Shown here: positions 13,468 to 22,974 of the stretch, one piece after another
Position numbering within the stretch: the first letter of the stretch is position 1
How the letters are laid out: each line of letters opens with the position of its first letter
Notes under the pieces: model-generated
Databases searched by the model: none
What the model saw: the letters and a program-made list of their open reading frames with translations, nothing else
Told to the model about the DNA's origin: nothing
NCBI GenBank assembly: GCA_048621055.1
Contig: JBMCXO010000002.1
Coordinates: 1-39,384 of the forward strand
DNA length: 39,384 bases
Direction of reading: 5' to 3'
DNA from: Candidatus Natronoplasma sp.
GTDB lineage: Archaea > Thermoplasmatota > Thermoplasmata > Halarchaeoplasmatales > Halarchaeoplasmataceae
Position numbers and translations under genes: made by a program

Positions 13468-14466
13468 TCAGCCGTAGACCTCAAAATCTACAACTACATG
13501 AAAAACATGAGGAGCATAGGATTTTATTTTTTCGATGGCCCTGATCTCAAATTTTTGAGAGATGTTCTCTTTTACTTCTTTCTTCACATCCCTAGGAAAG
13601 TTCCTGTCCAGACTCCTAGTGTGATAATGGATGATACCTTCACCATCTAAAAATTCCACCGCCTTTCCCAAAAACTTCCATGTATCGTGTAAATAACCCA
13701 TCACGACTCTATCCGCTCCGACAAAGGAGAAATCTCTGTTGTCGCCCTGCCATGCCTCGACAATATCTTCAACCTCATTTAAAATGATATTCTGTTTCAG
13801 ATATCGAAAGGCTGTGGGATTGATCTCTAAAGAGTAGATTTTTTTTGGTTTACCATGTACGGCCATAGGAAGAGAGAAATAACCTATACCAGCAAACATA
13901 TCTACCACGACTTCTTCTACTTCAGCTACTTCCGCCATCCTGATCCTCTCGTCGATATTGCCGCTGGAGAACATGATCTGGGATGTATCCATCTTGTATC
14001 TGATCCCGTTTTCGATATGGATCGTTTCGGTCTCTTCACCGTGAATCTTCTCAACTTCCGGTTCTCTTTTTCTTCCTTTGATTATGCCCTGAAGCATCAC
14101 AGTTTTTGCGCCCAATACATCAGCGTAAACTTCTCCAATCTCATCTTTATATTCGATCAACCCTTCAGGCAATTTTATCAATAGTACGTCCCCAATCATC
14201 TCCCAATTATCCGGAAGTTTATCTTTTTTAGAACTCGGTAAATCGAGTCTTTCTAAGATATGTTTATACGGTTTTATTTTCTTCTCTCTAAATTCTGGAT
14301 CGCTGTCGGATAGATCAGCATCTTCCTTTACTGGAAATATTAAGAAATCATCTTCGCTCCTTATCCTTCTATCAGGGTCTAGATTATTTTTTTCTTTTAA
14401 TATCCGAAGCATCTTTTGGCCCTGTTTCTTTGGAATTTTGATGATGGGATGATCTTCTTCACTCAT
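13468..14466 (-). CDS. Trm5/Taw2 (TYW2)-family tRNA methyltransferase or acp-transferase
   Basis: 332 aa. SAM-binding motif VVDMFAGIGYFSLPMAVHG and NPTAFRYLKQNIILN are typical of Met-10+/Trm5. Trm5 versus Taw2 cannot be resolved by eye. Confidence 0.75.
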   Translation of the reverse strand: MSEEDHPIIKIPKKQGQKMLRILKEKNNLDPDRRIRSEDDFLIFPVKEDADLSDSDPEFREKKIKPYKHILERLDLPSSKKDKLPDNWEMIGDVLLIKLPEGLIEYKDEIGEVYADVLGAKTVMLQGIIKGRKREPEVEKIHGEETETIHIENGIRYKMDTSQIMFSSGNIDERIRMAEVAEVEEVVVDMFAGIGYFSLPMAVHGKPKKIYSLEINPTAFRYLKQNIILNEVEDIVEAWQGDNRDFSFVGADRVVMGYLHDTWKFLGKAVEFLDGEGIIHYHTRSLDRNFPRDVKKEVKENISQKFEIRAIEKIKSYAPHVFHVVVDFEVYG

Positions 14467-14527
14467 TCATTTGCTCTATGAGTCACGGTCACATAAATAT
14501 TTTATAGTCTCATCGATTAATATCTTG

Positions 14528-15289
14528 ATGATGCATCACAGATATATAGCTATAGTTACAGTCTTCATCTTGATAGTTCCTTTTTCATCTACTTCATCAG
14601 GGTCTTTTGATATTTCGGATCCAGAATACACCAATCAGATCATCGAGGAGATCAACACACCAAGTATAGAACCGGGGGAGGATGGGATCATTAATTTGAT
14701 CATTAAAAACCCAGATACAGAAGATGAAAACAGTGTGATGCAGAATACAACGTTTGAAGTCGAGATATACTATTATGATTATCTAGATGTCGAAAAAAAC
14801 ATTTCAGAGTTAGATGAACCGCCTGTTTTCGATACAGGGGAAGTGGCTTTAAAAGAAGAGATTGGTAACTTATCAACCGATGAAACTCATGACCTAGAAT
14901 ATCTAATACATACTTCAGAAGATACTGAAGAAGGTGTTTACTCAATCAGATTCATACTCGAATTCTCGATTGATGACGAAAGACATATTATGAAATCAAA
15001 GGGTCACTTTTCAAATGAAGAGTGGGAAGATGCGAGGGTCTCTGATTTCACGGAACTTAACGTTAGCGGTATACTTCCTGAAAGTACTTTTGAAGTGAGA
15101 ACTCCTATTCCACGCTGGCCCCAATACGCACTCGGTCTCATCACTATAGTAGCAGGAGTTCTAGCGGTTATGTTTTACATGCAGGAGAAATACGGTTCAT
15201 TTCCAAAACTAGAAAAGACTTTTGATAACTGGACCAGTAAATTTGAGGAGTTCAGGAGCACTCTTAAGAAGAGGTTTAAGAAGCGCTGA
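14528..15289 (+). CDS. Acidic type-I membrane-anchored protein of unknown function
   Basis: The track ORF starts at TTG 14471. ATG 14528 gives MMHHRYIAIVTVFILIVPFSSTSSG (signal/TM). Acidic ectodomain with N-x-S/T sequons, C-terminal TM (YALGLITIVAGVLAVMFYM) and a basic tail (KKRFKKR). Confidence 0.55.
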   Translation: MMHHRYIAIVTVFILIVPFSSTSSGSFDISDPEYTNQIIEEINTPSIEPGEDGIINLIIKNPDTEDENSVMQNTTFEVEIYYYDYLDVEKNISELDEPPVFDTGEVALKEEIGNLSTDETHDLEYLIHTSEDTEEGVYSIRFILEFSIDDERHIMKSKGHFSNEEWEDARVSDFTELNVSGILPESTFEVRTPIPRWPQYALGLITIVAGVLAVMFYMQEKYGSFPKLEKTFDNWTSKFEEFRSTLKKRFKKR

Positions 15290-16351
15290 GTGGCGATCGA
15301 TATCTCCTTCTTCCTCTATCACCCGCTTCGCTTTGTCTTTTTTCAATATACTTATCAGTTCATCTATCTCCTCATCAGATAAGTTCCTGAAGACCTTTCT
15401 AACCTTCATCCCTCTAGATATCCTTTTGCCTATATCCAGCTCCCATCTTTCATGATACTCTTTCAACCTTTTTTCCGAAATATCTCCTTCTTCCAAAGCA
15501 TTTATCACAACTTCTGAGCAGATATCAGCGGCTTTTATACCTAAATAAATACCGCCACCGGAAAGAGGCTTGATTTGACAAGCCGAATCTCCAACGAGGC
15601 ATAATCCATCCCTTACAGTGTTTTCTAGATTTCCAAGAGGTATCGTTCCCGATAAGAAAGTTATCACGTTATCATCAAGATTTTTCGATCTTAGGAAATC
15701 CATCAGATGTTGGTAAGTATTGCCGTCATCTGAAGCAAGGCCGATCAGTTTTCCAGTCAAGAACGGAACTTCATAAAGAAAAAAGCCCGGTGCTGTCTTA
15801 CTCCCTATGTGTATCTGGACCGTATTATCGTTTGATAGGACAACAGCCTGAACCGCGGGAAGAACTTCCTCAGGTGATGGTAGATCAGCGGTTCTCCTTA
15901 CAATAGAGGTGGGTCCGTCGGCGCCTATCACAACATCGGCTTTCAAAGTCTCTTTTTCTCCTTGATGTAAATATTCTACTTCTCTTTTACCATTATATGT
16001 AGTGTTTTTCACAGCAGATTTAAGTCTGATCTCAGCGCCGGCTTTTGCTGCTTTAGCTGCCATCTCTCTGTCGAACTTAGCTCGATCGATCACTACCGCT
16101 TTTTCACTTTTCGCTTCGATGGTCAAGCTTTCACCAGAAGGTGAATTTATCACTGCCTTCTTAGGCTTCTCTATAACACTTTCAGTATCTGTCAATTCGA
16201 CAACGCGAGGACTGACTAAGCCAGCGCACTGGACAGGTTTGCCTATCACTGCATTCTTCTCTAAAACAACGGTATCATATCCTGCGTTCGCGGTGTTCAT
16301 CGCGACTCTTAGACCGACAGGGCCCGCTCCTACAACGACGACTTCAGTCAA
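15209..16351 (-). CDS. Geranylgeranyl reductase family FAD-dependent oxidoreductase (archaeal lipid saturation)
   Basis: 380 aa. N-terminal VVVVGAGPVGLRVAMNTANAGYDTVVLEK Rossmann motif, GADGPTS, LVGDSACQIKPLSGGGI typical of GGR. Confidence 0.85.
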   Translation of the reverse strand: MTEVVVVGAGPVGLRVAMNTANAGYDTVVLEKNAVIGKPVQCAGLVSPRVVELTDTESVIEKPKKAVINSPSGESLTIEAKSEKAVVIDRAKFDREMAAKAAKAGAEIRLKSAVKNTTYNGKREVEYLHQGEKETLKADVVIGADGPTSIVRRTADLPSPEEVLPAVQAVVLSNDNTVQIHIGSKTAPGFFLYEVPFLTGKLIGLASDDGNTYQHLMDFLRSKNLDDNVITFLSGTIPLGNLENTVRDGLCLVGDSACQIKPLSGGGIYLGIKAADICSEVVINALEEGDISEKRLKEYHERWELDIGKRISRGMKVRKVFRNLSDEEIDELISILKKDKAKRVIEEEGDIDRHSALLKPLLKSAPELLKFTGPVIKSLF

Positions 16352-16454
16352 GATAGTAGCTAAGAAGATTCATATCTTTTTAACATTTCGCATCTTAGAG
16401 ATATCGTCACAAAGTTACTCTCTCTTCTAATTATACTCACAATATTTCTAAAAA

Positions 16455-16464
16455 TTTTTAATAT
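16455..16464 (+). promoter_or_regulatory. Candidate TATA box (TTTTTAATAT) for the P-type ATPase gene
   Basis: It lies 28-37 nt upstream of ATG 16492. No obvious SD lies between, which fits a leaderless or very short-leader transcript. Confidence 0.4.
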
Positions 16465-16491
16465 CACCATAAAGTTATCAGCCTTAACTAA

Positions 16492-19176
16492 ATGAAAAAA
16501 GATTGGCACTCTTTGAGTATCGACGATATTTACACAAAGTTGAACTCCTCGGAAAGAGGTTTATCTCAGGAAGAAGCAAAAAGACGATTGGAGAAACACG
16601 GAAGGAACGAGATCGAGGAAGTGGAAGGAGAATCCCCCCTAAAGATCTTCTTGGGGCAATTCCAAGACTTTTTGATTTGGATCCTTATTGCAGCAGCTGT
16701 TATCTCTTTTTTGGCAGACCGTACGATCGATGCCTACCTTATATTGACTATAATCCTGGCCAACGGTATCTTCGGCTTCGTTCAGGATTGGAAGGCTGAG
16801 CAGTCGATACAAGCTCTGAAAGAGATGGCTTCATTGGAGGCTGTGGCTCTAAGAGATGATAGAAAGAGAAAGATAGATTCCGTAGATCTCGTTCCCGGAG
16901 ATATTATTTTCGTCACTCAGGGAGATTCCGTGCCAGCGGATTCGAGACTGGTAGAACAGCAGAATTTAGAGGTCGACGAGTCCACTCTGACAGGGGAAAG
17001 CGTGGCCGTGAACAAGAAAGCCCATCCTGTGGAAAAAAAGGTAGAATTGGCTGAGAGAGAGAACATGATATACAAGGAAACGACGATCACAAAGGGAAGG
17101 GGAAAGGCTGTCGTTGTGGGAACGGGTATGGATACTGAGATAGGAAGCATCGCTACTGAGCTTCAGAAGGTCGAGGAAGAAGAGACCGTATTTCAGAAAG
17201 AGGTCAACGATCTAGGCAAAAAAGTGGGTGTGATGATCCTAGCAATCTGTGCTTCTTTAGTCCCGATCCTTCTCTTCAGAGATTCCAACTTACTCGACGC
17301 GTTCATAACCGCTATAGCACTAGCTGTAGCCGCGGTTCCCGAAGGACTTCCCGCTGTTGTGACTTTAACTCTCGCTCTCGGAACGCGAAAGATGTTGAAA
17401 AGAAATGCATTGGTAAGGAGATTACCGGTGATCGAGTCGCTAGGTTCTGTAGACGTGATCTGTACTGATAAGACAGGGACTTTGACTGAAAGCAAGATGG
17501 TTGTAAGAAAGATACTCTTCGGTAGAAAAGAGATCGAAGTTTCAGGTGGTTATTCCCGAGAAGGTGATTTCACTAGAGAAGGAGAAAAAATGAATGGCTT
17601 AGAACTGGAAAGCATCCTAGAGGCGGGAGCGCTCTGCAACGATTCAGAGATCACCGATGGAGAAACGATAGGCGATCCGACAGAAATAGCGTTGATCCAA
17701 TCCGCTCAGAAAGTCGGTCTTGATAAAGGGAGTCTAGAAGAAAAATACAGGAGGATAGACGAGATCCCATTCTCCTCTAAAAGGAAGATGATGACCACCA
17801 TCCATGAAGGAGAGGGGGGAAAGGATAAGGCTTTCGTGAAAGGAGCTCCAGAGATTGTACTGGAAAAATGCGATAGGTACTACGACGATGGAGATGTAAA
17901 AGAACTAGATGAAGAGAAGAAAGAAGAATTCCTAAAGAAGAACGAAGAATTCGCCGATGAAGCGTTGAGAGTTCTAGCCATGGGTTATAAGGACCTCACA
18001 CTTGAAGGAGATACAGAGGAAGACAAAAAGGAAGAGATAGAGCGTGGAGAGGAAGAGATAGAGCGGAACTTGATATTTTTGGGACTACAGGGTATGATCG
18101 ATCCGCCGAGAGAGGAAGTCAAAGATGCTATAGAAGCATGCCGTAGAGCAGGTATTCGGACAGTGATGATCACCGGTGATAACGCTATTACTGCAGGAGC
18201 TATAGGAGAAAAGCTCGGATTTAGTGGTAAGGTGGTGACGGGCAGGGAATTGGAAGCTATGTCGGAAAAAGAACTAGGCGAGAAGGTTAAAGAAGCTGAT
18301 ATATTCGCCAGGGTATCTCCATCTCACAAGGTAAAGATTCTGAAAGCATTGAAGGACCAGGGACACGTCGTCGCTATGACTGGAGACGGCGTGAATGATG
18401 CTCCTGCACTGAAAGAGTCCGACGTCGGTACTTCGATGGGGGTTAGAGGCACAGATGTAGCTCAGCAGGCTTCCGACATAGTCTTGTTAGACGACAACTT
18501 TGCGACGATAAAAAACGCTATAGAAGAAGGCAGAGGGATATTCGACAACATAAGAAAGTTCGTCAATCTCTTGCTCTCTGGAAACATGGGAGAAGTACTG
18601 ATTGTACTCATAGGTACGCTCGTAGGGCTTGGCCTGCCTTTGACCGCTGTGATGCTGTTGTGGGTCAATCTCCTGACCGACGGTTTACCCGCGCTGGCTT
18701 TAGGTGTCGATCCTGGTTCTGATGAGATCATGAAGAGGAAGCCTAGAGGTCAGGACGAGAACATAATCGATAAGACTCTAGCATTTTCGATCGGATGGAT
18801 AGGTATCTGGGTCACAGTTATATGTCTATCGCTCTACCGCTACGGTTTAACAGAAAGTGCTCGCCTAGCTAGAACTCTTACTTTCACAGGTCTAGTGGTC
18901 TTAGAATTGATAGAGGTATTTCCGATCAGGCAGAGATACGGTACTCGGTTATGGTCTAACAGGTGGTTAGGCGCCGCGATATTGGTATCGTTGGTAATGC
19001 ACATGGTGATCTTATACACGCCGATGGGAGTTTATTTTGAGGTAGTACCTCTAAGTCTAGATTCATGGATTATGATATCGATAGGTACGATAATATTTTT
19101 TGGAGCCATGGTCTTGATGAGAATTATAGAGAACAGACTGTTCAAGAACAGTGAGGATATAAATAGCAACGAATAA
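16492..19176 (+). CDS. P-type cation-transporting ATPase, type IIA (Ca2+-ATPase-like)
   Basis: 894 aa. TGES, PEGLPAVVTLTLALG, phosphorylation site ICTDKTGTLT, MITGDN, MTGDGVNDAPALK. Ten-TM-like hydrophobic pattern. Confidence 0.95.
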   Translation: MKKDWHSLSIDDIYTKLNSSERGLSQEEAKRRLEKHGRNEIEEVEGESPLKIFLGQFQDFLIWILIAAAVISFLADRTIDAYLILTIILANGIFGFVQDWKAEQSIQALKEMASLEAVALRDDRKRKIDSVDLVPGDIIFVTQGDSVPADSRLVEQQNLEVDESTLTGESVAVNKKAHPVEKKVELAERENMIYKETTITKGRGKAVVVGTGMDTEIGSIATELQKVEEEETVFQKEVNDLGKKVGVMILAICASLVPILLFRDSNLLDAFITAIALAVAAVPEGLPAVVTLTLALGTRKMLKRNALVRRLPVIESLGSVDVICTDKTGTLTESKMVVRKILFGRKEIEVSGGYSREGDFTREGEKMNGLELESILEAGALCNDSEITDGETIGDPTEIALIQSAQKVGLDKGSLEEKYRRIDEIPFSSKRKMMTTIHEGEGGKDKAFVKGAPEIVLEKCDRYYDDGDVKELDEEKKEEFLKKNEEFADEALRVLAMGYKDLTLEGDTEEDKKEEIERGEEEIERNLIFLGLQGMIDPPREEVKDAIEACRRAGIRTVMITGDNAITAGAIGEKLGFSGKVVTGRELEAMSEKELGEKVKEADIFARVSPSHKVKILKALKDQGHVVAMTGDGVNDAPALKESDVGTSMGVRGTDVAQQASDIVLLDDNFATIKNAIEEGRGIFDNIRKFVNLLLSGNMGEVLIVLIGTLVGLGLPLTAVMLLWVNLLTDGLPALALGVDPGSDEIMKRKPRGQDENIIDKTLAFSIGWIGIWVTVICLSLYRYGLTESARLARTLTFTGLVVLELIEVFPIRQRYGTRLWSNRWLGAAILVSLVMHMVILYTPMGVYFEVVPLSLDSWIMISIGTIIFFGAMVLMRIIENRLFKNSEDINSNE

Positions 19177-19208
19177 AGAATTTAAGTTAGAACACTATAG
19201 GTGAGAAT

Positions 19209-20066
19209 ATGCAGCCAAAGGAATTAGATTTCCCGATACTCGATAATCACATCCATCTACAGGAGAGAGGAGATAATATAGAAGCTGTAAAGAAGTTCGA
19301 AAGGGCTGGAGGGACTCACCTTATATTATCTCATCTGCCCTACCATGATCTTAGAGATTGGGACAAAAAAGGATATGAACCCATATATGATAGAACGGTG
19401 AGATTAGCAGAGAGATGCATGGAAAAGACTTCGGTGAAGATATTCGTGACTTTAGGTCCCTATCCTGTTGATCTAGTAAACCTGAAGGATAAAGTGAGTC
19501 TGGAGAGAGGAGAAAAAATATTGAGAACGGGGATGGAACTAGCCGCTGAGTACGTTGAAGATGGCAAAGCTGTCGCACTAGGAGAGATCGGTCGTCCACA
19601 CTTCGACGTTTCTGAAGATGTGTTGAAAGCTTCTAACAGTATCATGAGATATGGTATGAAACTTGCTGCGGATGGAGATTATCCTGTTGTACTTCACACA
19701 GAAAGCACGACACCTGAAGTATGCGAGGAGATTGGCGAGATGGCAGATGAAGTGGGGCTTTCAAGAGAAAAAATCATCAAACATTATTCTCCCCCTTTTG
19801 TGGATAGAGAGGAGAATCACGGGCTCTTTCCCTCGGTTTTGGCTAATGAAGAGAATATTGAAAAAGCCATATCTAAGGGAAATAGATTCATGTTGGAAAC
19901 GGATTACCTTGACGATCCAAATCGACCTGGAGCTGTCTTAGGAATCAAAAACGTCCCCAAGAAGACTTTCAAACTGCATGAAAAAGGCATCTTGAAAGAA
20001 GAGGATATATGGACTATCCACAAGGAAAACCCAGAAGAGGTCTATGGAGTGAATATCGAGTTATGA
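19209..20066 (+). CDS. TatD-related metal-dependent hydrolase (TIM-barrel amidohydrolase fold)
   Basis: 285 aa. ILDNHIHL near the N-terminus, GEIGRPHF and VVLHTES metal-ligand style motifs. 32 nt downstream of the ATPase. Confidence 0.7.
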   Translation: MQPKELDFPILDNHIHLQERGDNIEAVKKFERAGGTHLILSHLPYHDLRDWDKKGYEPIYDRTVRLAERCMEKTSVKIFVTLGPYPVDLVNLKDKVSLERGEKILRTGMELAAEYVEDGKAVALGEIGRPHFDVSEDVLKASNSIMRYGMKLAADGDYPVVLHTESTTPEVCEEIGEMADEVGLSREKIIKHYSPPFVDREENHGLFPSVLANEENIEKAISKGNRFMLETDYLDDPNRPGAVLGIKNVPKKTFKLHEKGILKEEDIWTIHKENPEEVYGVNIEL

Positions 20067-20195
20067 CTCCATCTCTTCCTTTATGATACTGATCAGTTCA
20101 TTGAGGCAGTCCTTGCAGATGCTCTTGTCTCCAACTCTTTTGTACTGTTTAGTCCAATTACGACAAAAATGGCATCTATCCGAATCATAGGGCAT
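20061..20195 (-). CDS. Small zinc-ribbon protein (44 aa), below the ORF-track size cut-off
   Basis: Manual translation gives MPYDSDRCHFCRNWTKQYKRVGDKSICKDCLNELISIIKEEMES. It has two CxxC pairs 15 aa apart, a strong SD (ACGAGGAGAATATA-ATG) and a TAA stop. Its 3' end overlaps the TatD-like stop by 6 nt. Confidence 0.5.
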   Translation of the reverse strand: MPYDSDRCHFCRNWTKQYKRVGDKSICKDCLNELISIIKEEMES

Positions 20196-20366
20196 TATAT
20201 TCTCCTCGTTAAAAGGTATCGTAGATGAAGGATATAAAGTTTTTACCGCTGCTTTCAGCCCTTGTATATTCGGATCTTTACATCAGTTCGAGTTTCGACC
20301 TATATTTTAAAATCTTCTCATTCATTTATGACGTCAGTCATAGCGACCTTATCTCCTATCCTCTGA

Positions 20367-21182
20367 TCACTGCGAGTCCACTGTAGCCAGCATAGTACAG
20401 GCACGAAATACCTTGTAGTTAGTCTCGATTTCTCCTGTGTCTATTATGAACTCTTTTGGTCCGATTCTCTCCACTGATGGTAATAGCTCTAGATTGTCTA
20501 GTTTTCCCGCATCTTTGAACCAAACATGATATCTAGTATTGTCGGGTTCAATGATCTTGCCCATATCGTTTTCAATAGCTTCTTGAACCTTCTCCTCTAT
20601 CTCTTCTCTAACAACTTTCGGATGCCTGCATTTAGCGCTATATCTTCCCGTGGCTTTTTTGGTCATAACATGAGGGATCTCAGGATAAAGTTCCTTAGCT
20701 TCACGGACGATCTCATCGTCTCCAGCTAGAAAGAATACGGGCACGTCATATTGAGACGCAAGAAAGGAATTCATGGCAAATTCGCTAGCCATCACGTCTC
20801 CTATCATCAGTTTATCCACCACAGCACCGGAGTAAGTGTGTGAAAGCGTTCCTTGGCTATGGGCTGAGCTATGATAGCCAACGTAACCAACACCTTCTAA
20901 GTCTTCGCTGAGACCCTCCATCTGGGACAGCAATTTTGGTCTTCCACTGAACAGTTCAACTCTCTCATCTAGATCCTCGATAACTATGTTTCTCATCTTT
21001 CCATGTCCGTCAGTCACGTAAACGGTCTCGGCTCCCGCTTCAAAAGCTCCTTTAGCCGCTGAATTAGCTTCTTTCGTCATCAACTCCTGGGCTCTATCGT
21101 ATTCTTTAGAATCCATCTTGCATTGAGGTCCAGAAACTACACCGGAAATACCTTCGATATCGACTGAAAATAAATATGTCAT
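20367..21182 (-). CDS. Peptidase M55 (DppA-type D-aminopeptidase)
   Basis: MTYLFSVDIEGISGV...EANSAAKGAFEAGAETVYVTDGHG matches DppA. The track start is 21194; ATG 21182 preceded by GGTGGA aligns better with family N-termini. Confidence 0.85.
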   Translation of the reverse strand: MTYLFSVDIEGISGVVSGPQCKMDSKEYDRAQELMTKEANSAAKGAFEAGAETVYVTDGHGKMRNIVIEDLDERVELFSGRPKLLSQMEGLSEDLEGVGYVGYHSSAHSQGTLSHTYSGAVVDKLMIGDVMASEFAMNSFLASQYDVPVFFLAGDDEIVREAKELYPEIPHVMTKKATGRYSAKCRHPKVVREEIEEKVQEAIENDMGKIIEPDNTRYHVWFKDAGKLDNLELLPSVERIGPKEFIIDTGEIETNYKVFRACTMLATVDSQ

Positions 21183-21274
21183 GTTTTCCACCATGTGCAG
21201 TAAGTTATAGATTATTTATAATGTTTTGCAATACTTACTTGAGATCTCCTTCTTTTATTGAGAATTCATTTTCG

Positions 21275-21973
21275 CTAACCGATAGTTACTTCTGTGTCGT
21301 AGGTTCCGATCTCTTCTCCGTAAGAATATATCCCTAGATTTAAAGAGTGATCACCTTCCTCTTTTACTATACTTATGTTTTCTTCGACTTGGGTGTTCTC
21401 ATCTGGAATCAATTCAAACTTCTGCTCAAATTCAATATTTTCGGATTCATCCTCACCTATAGTCAGATCCATACTGTCGAGGAATACCGATAAGTCCCCT
21501 TCGTTCTCTAGATCGATAGTGATGGATATTATCTCCCATTCCTCTAGGTCCTTGTCGTATTCAGTGTCCAATTCAACATCTATTATTTCGATATCTGGTC
21601 CTTCAAAGGTGATTTCGTCCTCGTAAATATCCTCATCTATAGAAGGATCTCTGATTACCATCCTATAACTACCTGGTTCAGGATTTCCCTCATCAGCTAT
21701 CGAAAGTTCAACAGTTGTCTGCACAACTCCGATAAAACGTTTGGTCATATCGTCGGAAGAAATATTGACTGAACCTACTCTTTTATCACCGGGGTCGTAT
21801 AAACAGAGTTGATTTCCCTCCTCTACGCCTTCCACGTTAACACTCAACTGGGCATCTTCTACAACTTGATATGTAACTCGGATCTTAGGGGTATTATCGC
21901 CGATACTCATACCTACGGCAAGAATCAAAATGGTAATGAATACAACCCCGATTATTTTCTTTTTTTCGCTCAT
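21275..21973 (-). CDS. Acidic N-terminally anchored membrane/secreted protein of unknown function
   Basis: The likely start is ATG 21973 (MSEKKKIIGVVFITILILAVGMSIG, a signal anchor) rather than 22045. The rest is a very acidic, beta-rich ectodomain. Confidence 0.5.
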   Translation of the reverse strand: MSEKKKIIGVVFITILILAVGMSIGDNTPKIRVTYQVVEDAQLSVNVEGVEEGNQLCLYDPGDKRVGSVNISSDDMTKRFIGVVQTTVELSIADEGNPEPGSYRMVIRDPSIDEDIYEDEITFEGPDIEIIDVELDTEYDKDLEEWEIISITIDLENEGDLSVFLDSMDLTIGEDESENIEFEQKFELIPDENTQVEENISIVKEEGDHSLNLGIYSYGEEIGTYDTEVTIG

Positions 21974-22128
21974 GATGTATTCTCTATAAGATTTTACGGA
22001 ATTGTCATATAAATAATTAAGGAGAATATCTCTGAGATAGTTCAAAAAAACTTGTTAAGGAAAGTTACTGAAAACCGAAAGAGGTATTTAGTCTGTTCTT
22101 TTATTATGTGTATGCGGTGGTTTAAAAG

Positions 22129-22884
22129 ATGATCAGCGACTCAGGTCTTGTGGAGTTTTTGGACGACCTCCTCTCGATAAACGAAATCGAAGACGAGAGC
22201 ATGAATGGAGTTCAGGTCGATGCTCCTACAGAAGTGGAAAAGGTAGCTTTCGCCGTAGACGTCAGAAAAGACATCGTGAAGAGAACGATCGAAACTAAAG
22301 CTGACCTTTTGTTCGTTCATCACGGGCTCATATGGAACAATGGTATCGGACCCCTGACCGGCAAGGATTACGAGATAGTTAGTGATCTGATTCAAAACGA
22401 GATAGGGCTTTACGGTGCTCATCTTCCTCTAGATATTCACGACGAAGTCGGCAACAATGTTCAGCTGGCTAAAACCATAGATGCAGATATCGGAGAGCCT
22501 TTTATGGAATACAAAGATACGAAGATAGCGAGGATGGCCGTGCTTGAAGAAAAAAGAACTGTCGAAGACATAGCTATAGAGCTAGAGGAAAAACTGGAGA
22601 CCGATACTTTCACATCAGAAGGTAAGAAGAAGGTTAAGAAAGTGGGTATACTGACCGGCAAAGGAGGACAGGCTTTGAAGGCCTCAAAAGAAAATGGAGC
22701 TGATCTATTCATCACTGGTGAGCGGACCTACATGACCTACAATGAGGCTATAGATATGGATATGCCTCTGATCTTCGCAGGGCACTACGCTACAGAAACT
22801 CTAGGAGTCAAAAAGATGATGGAGATAGTTGAAAGTGATTTCGGATATGAGACCTGCTTTTTATCCGGAAAAACGACCATTTAA
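22129..22884 (+). CDS. Nif3-like dinuclear metal centre protein (GTP cyclohydrolase 1 type 2 homolog family)
   Basis: 251 aa. NGVQVD, LLFVHHGLIW, LYGAHLPLD, FAGHYATE are the Nif3/YbgI metal-binding blocks. Confidence 0.85.
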   Translation: MISDSGLVEFLDDLLSINEIEDESMNGVQVDAPTEVEKVAFAVDVRKDIVKRTIETKADLLFVHHGLIWNNGIGPLTGKDYEIVSDLIQNEIGLYGAHLPLDIHDEVGNNVQLAKTIDADIGEPFMEYKDTKIARMAVLEEKRTVEDIAIELEEKLETDTFTSEGKKKVKKVGILTGKGGQALKASKENGADLFITGERTYMTYNEAIDMDMPLIFAGHYATETLGVKKMMEIVESDFGYETCFLSGKTTI

Positions 22885-22954
22885 ACACGAAATTCTCTCT
22901 TTGGATAATTATGTTCTCTATTCATTTTTGTATCGTTATTACGCTATCTTAATG

Positions 22955-22972
22955 TTTGCATAGCGATGCAAA
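22955..22972. promoter_or_regulatory. Perfect 7-bp inverted repeat TTTGCAT-AGCG-ATGCAAA abutting the MATE promoter (candidate operator)
   Basis: Read directly. It sits 3 nt upstream of TTTTAATA (22975-22982), which itself lies about 30 nt upstream of the MATE start. Confidence 0.45.
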
Positions 22973-22974
22973 GG

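Noticed and set aside
16002-16430. 142-aa + strand ORF antisense to the geranylgeranyl reductase gene, plus similar antisense ORFs in the ATPase, MATE, kinase and surface-protein genes
   Set aside because: They are antisense to confidently assigned genes, lack RBS context and have low-complexity composition.
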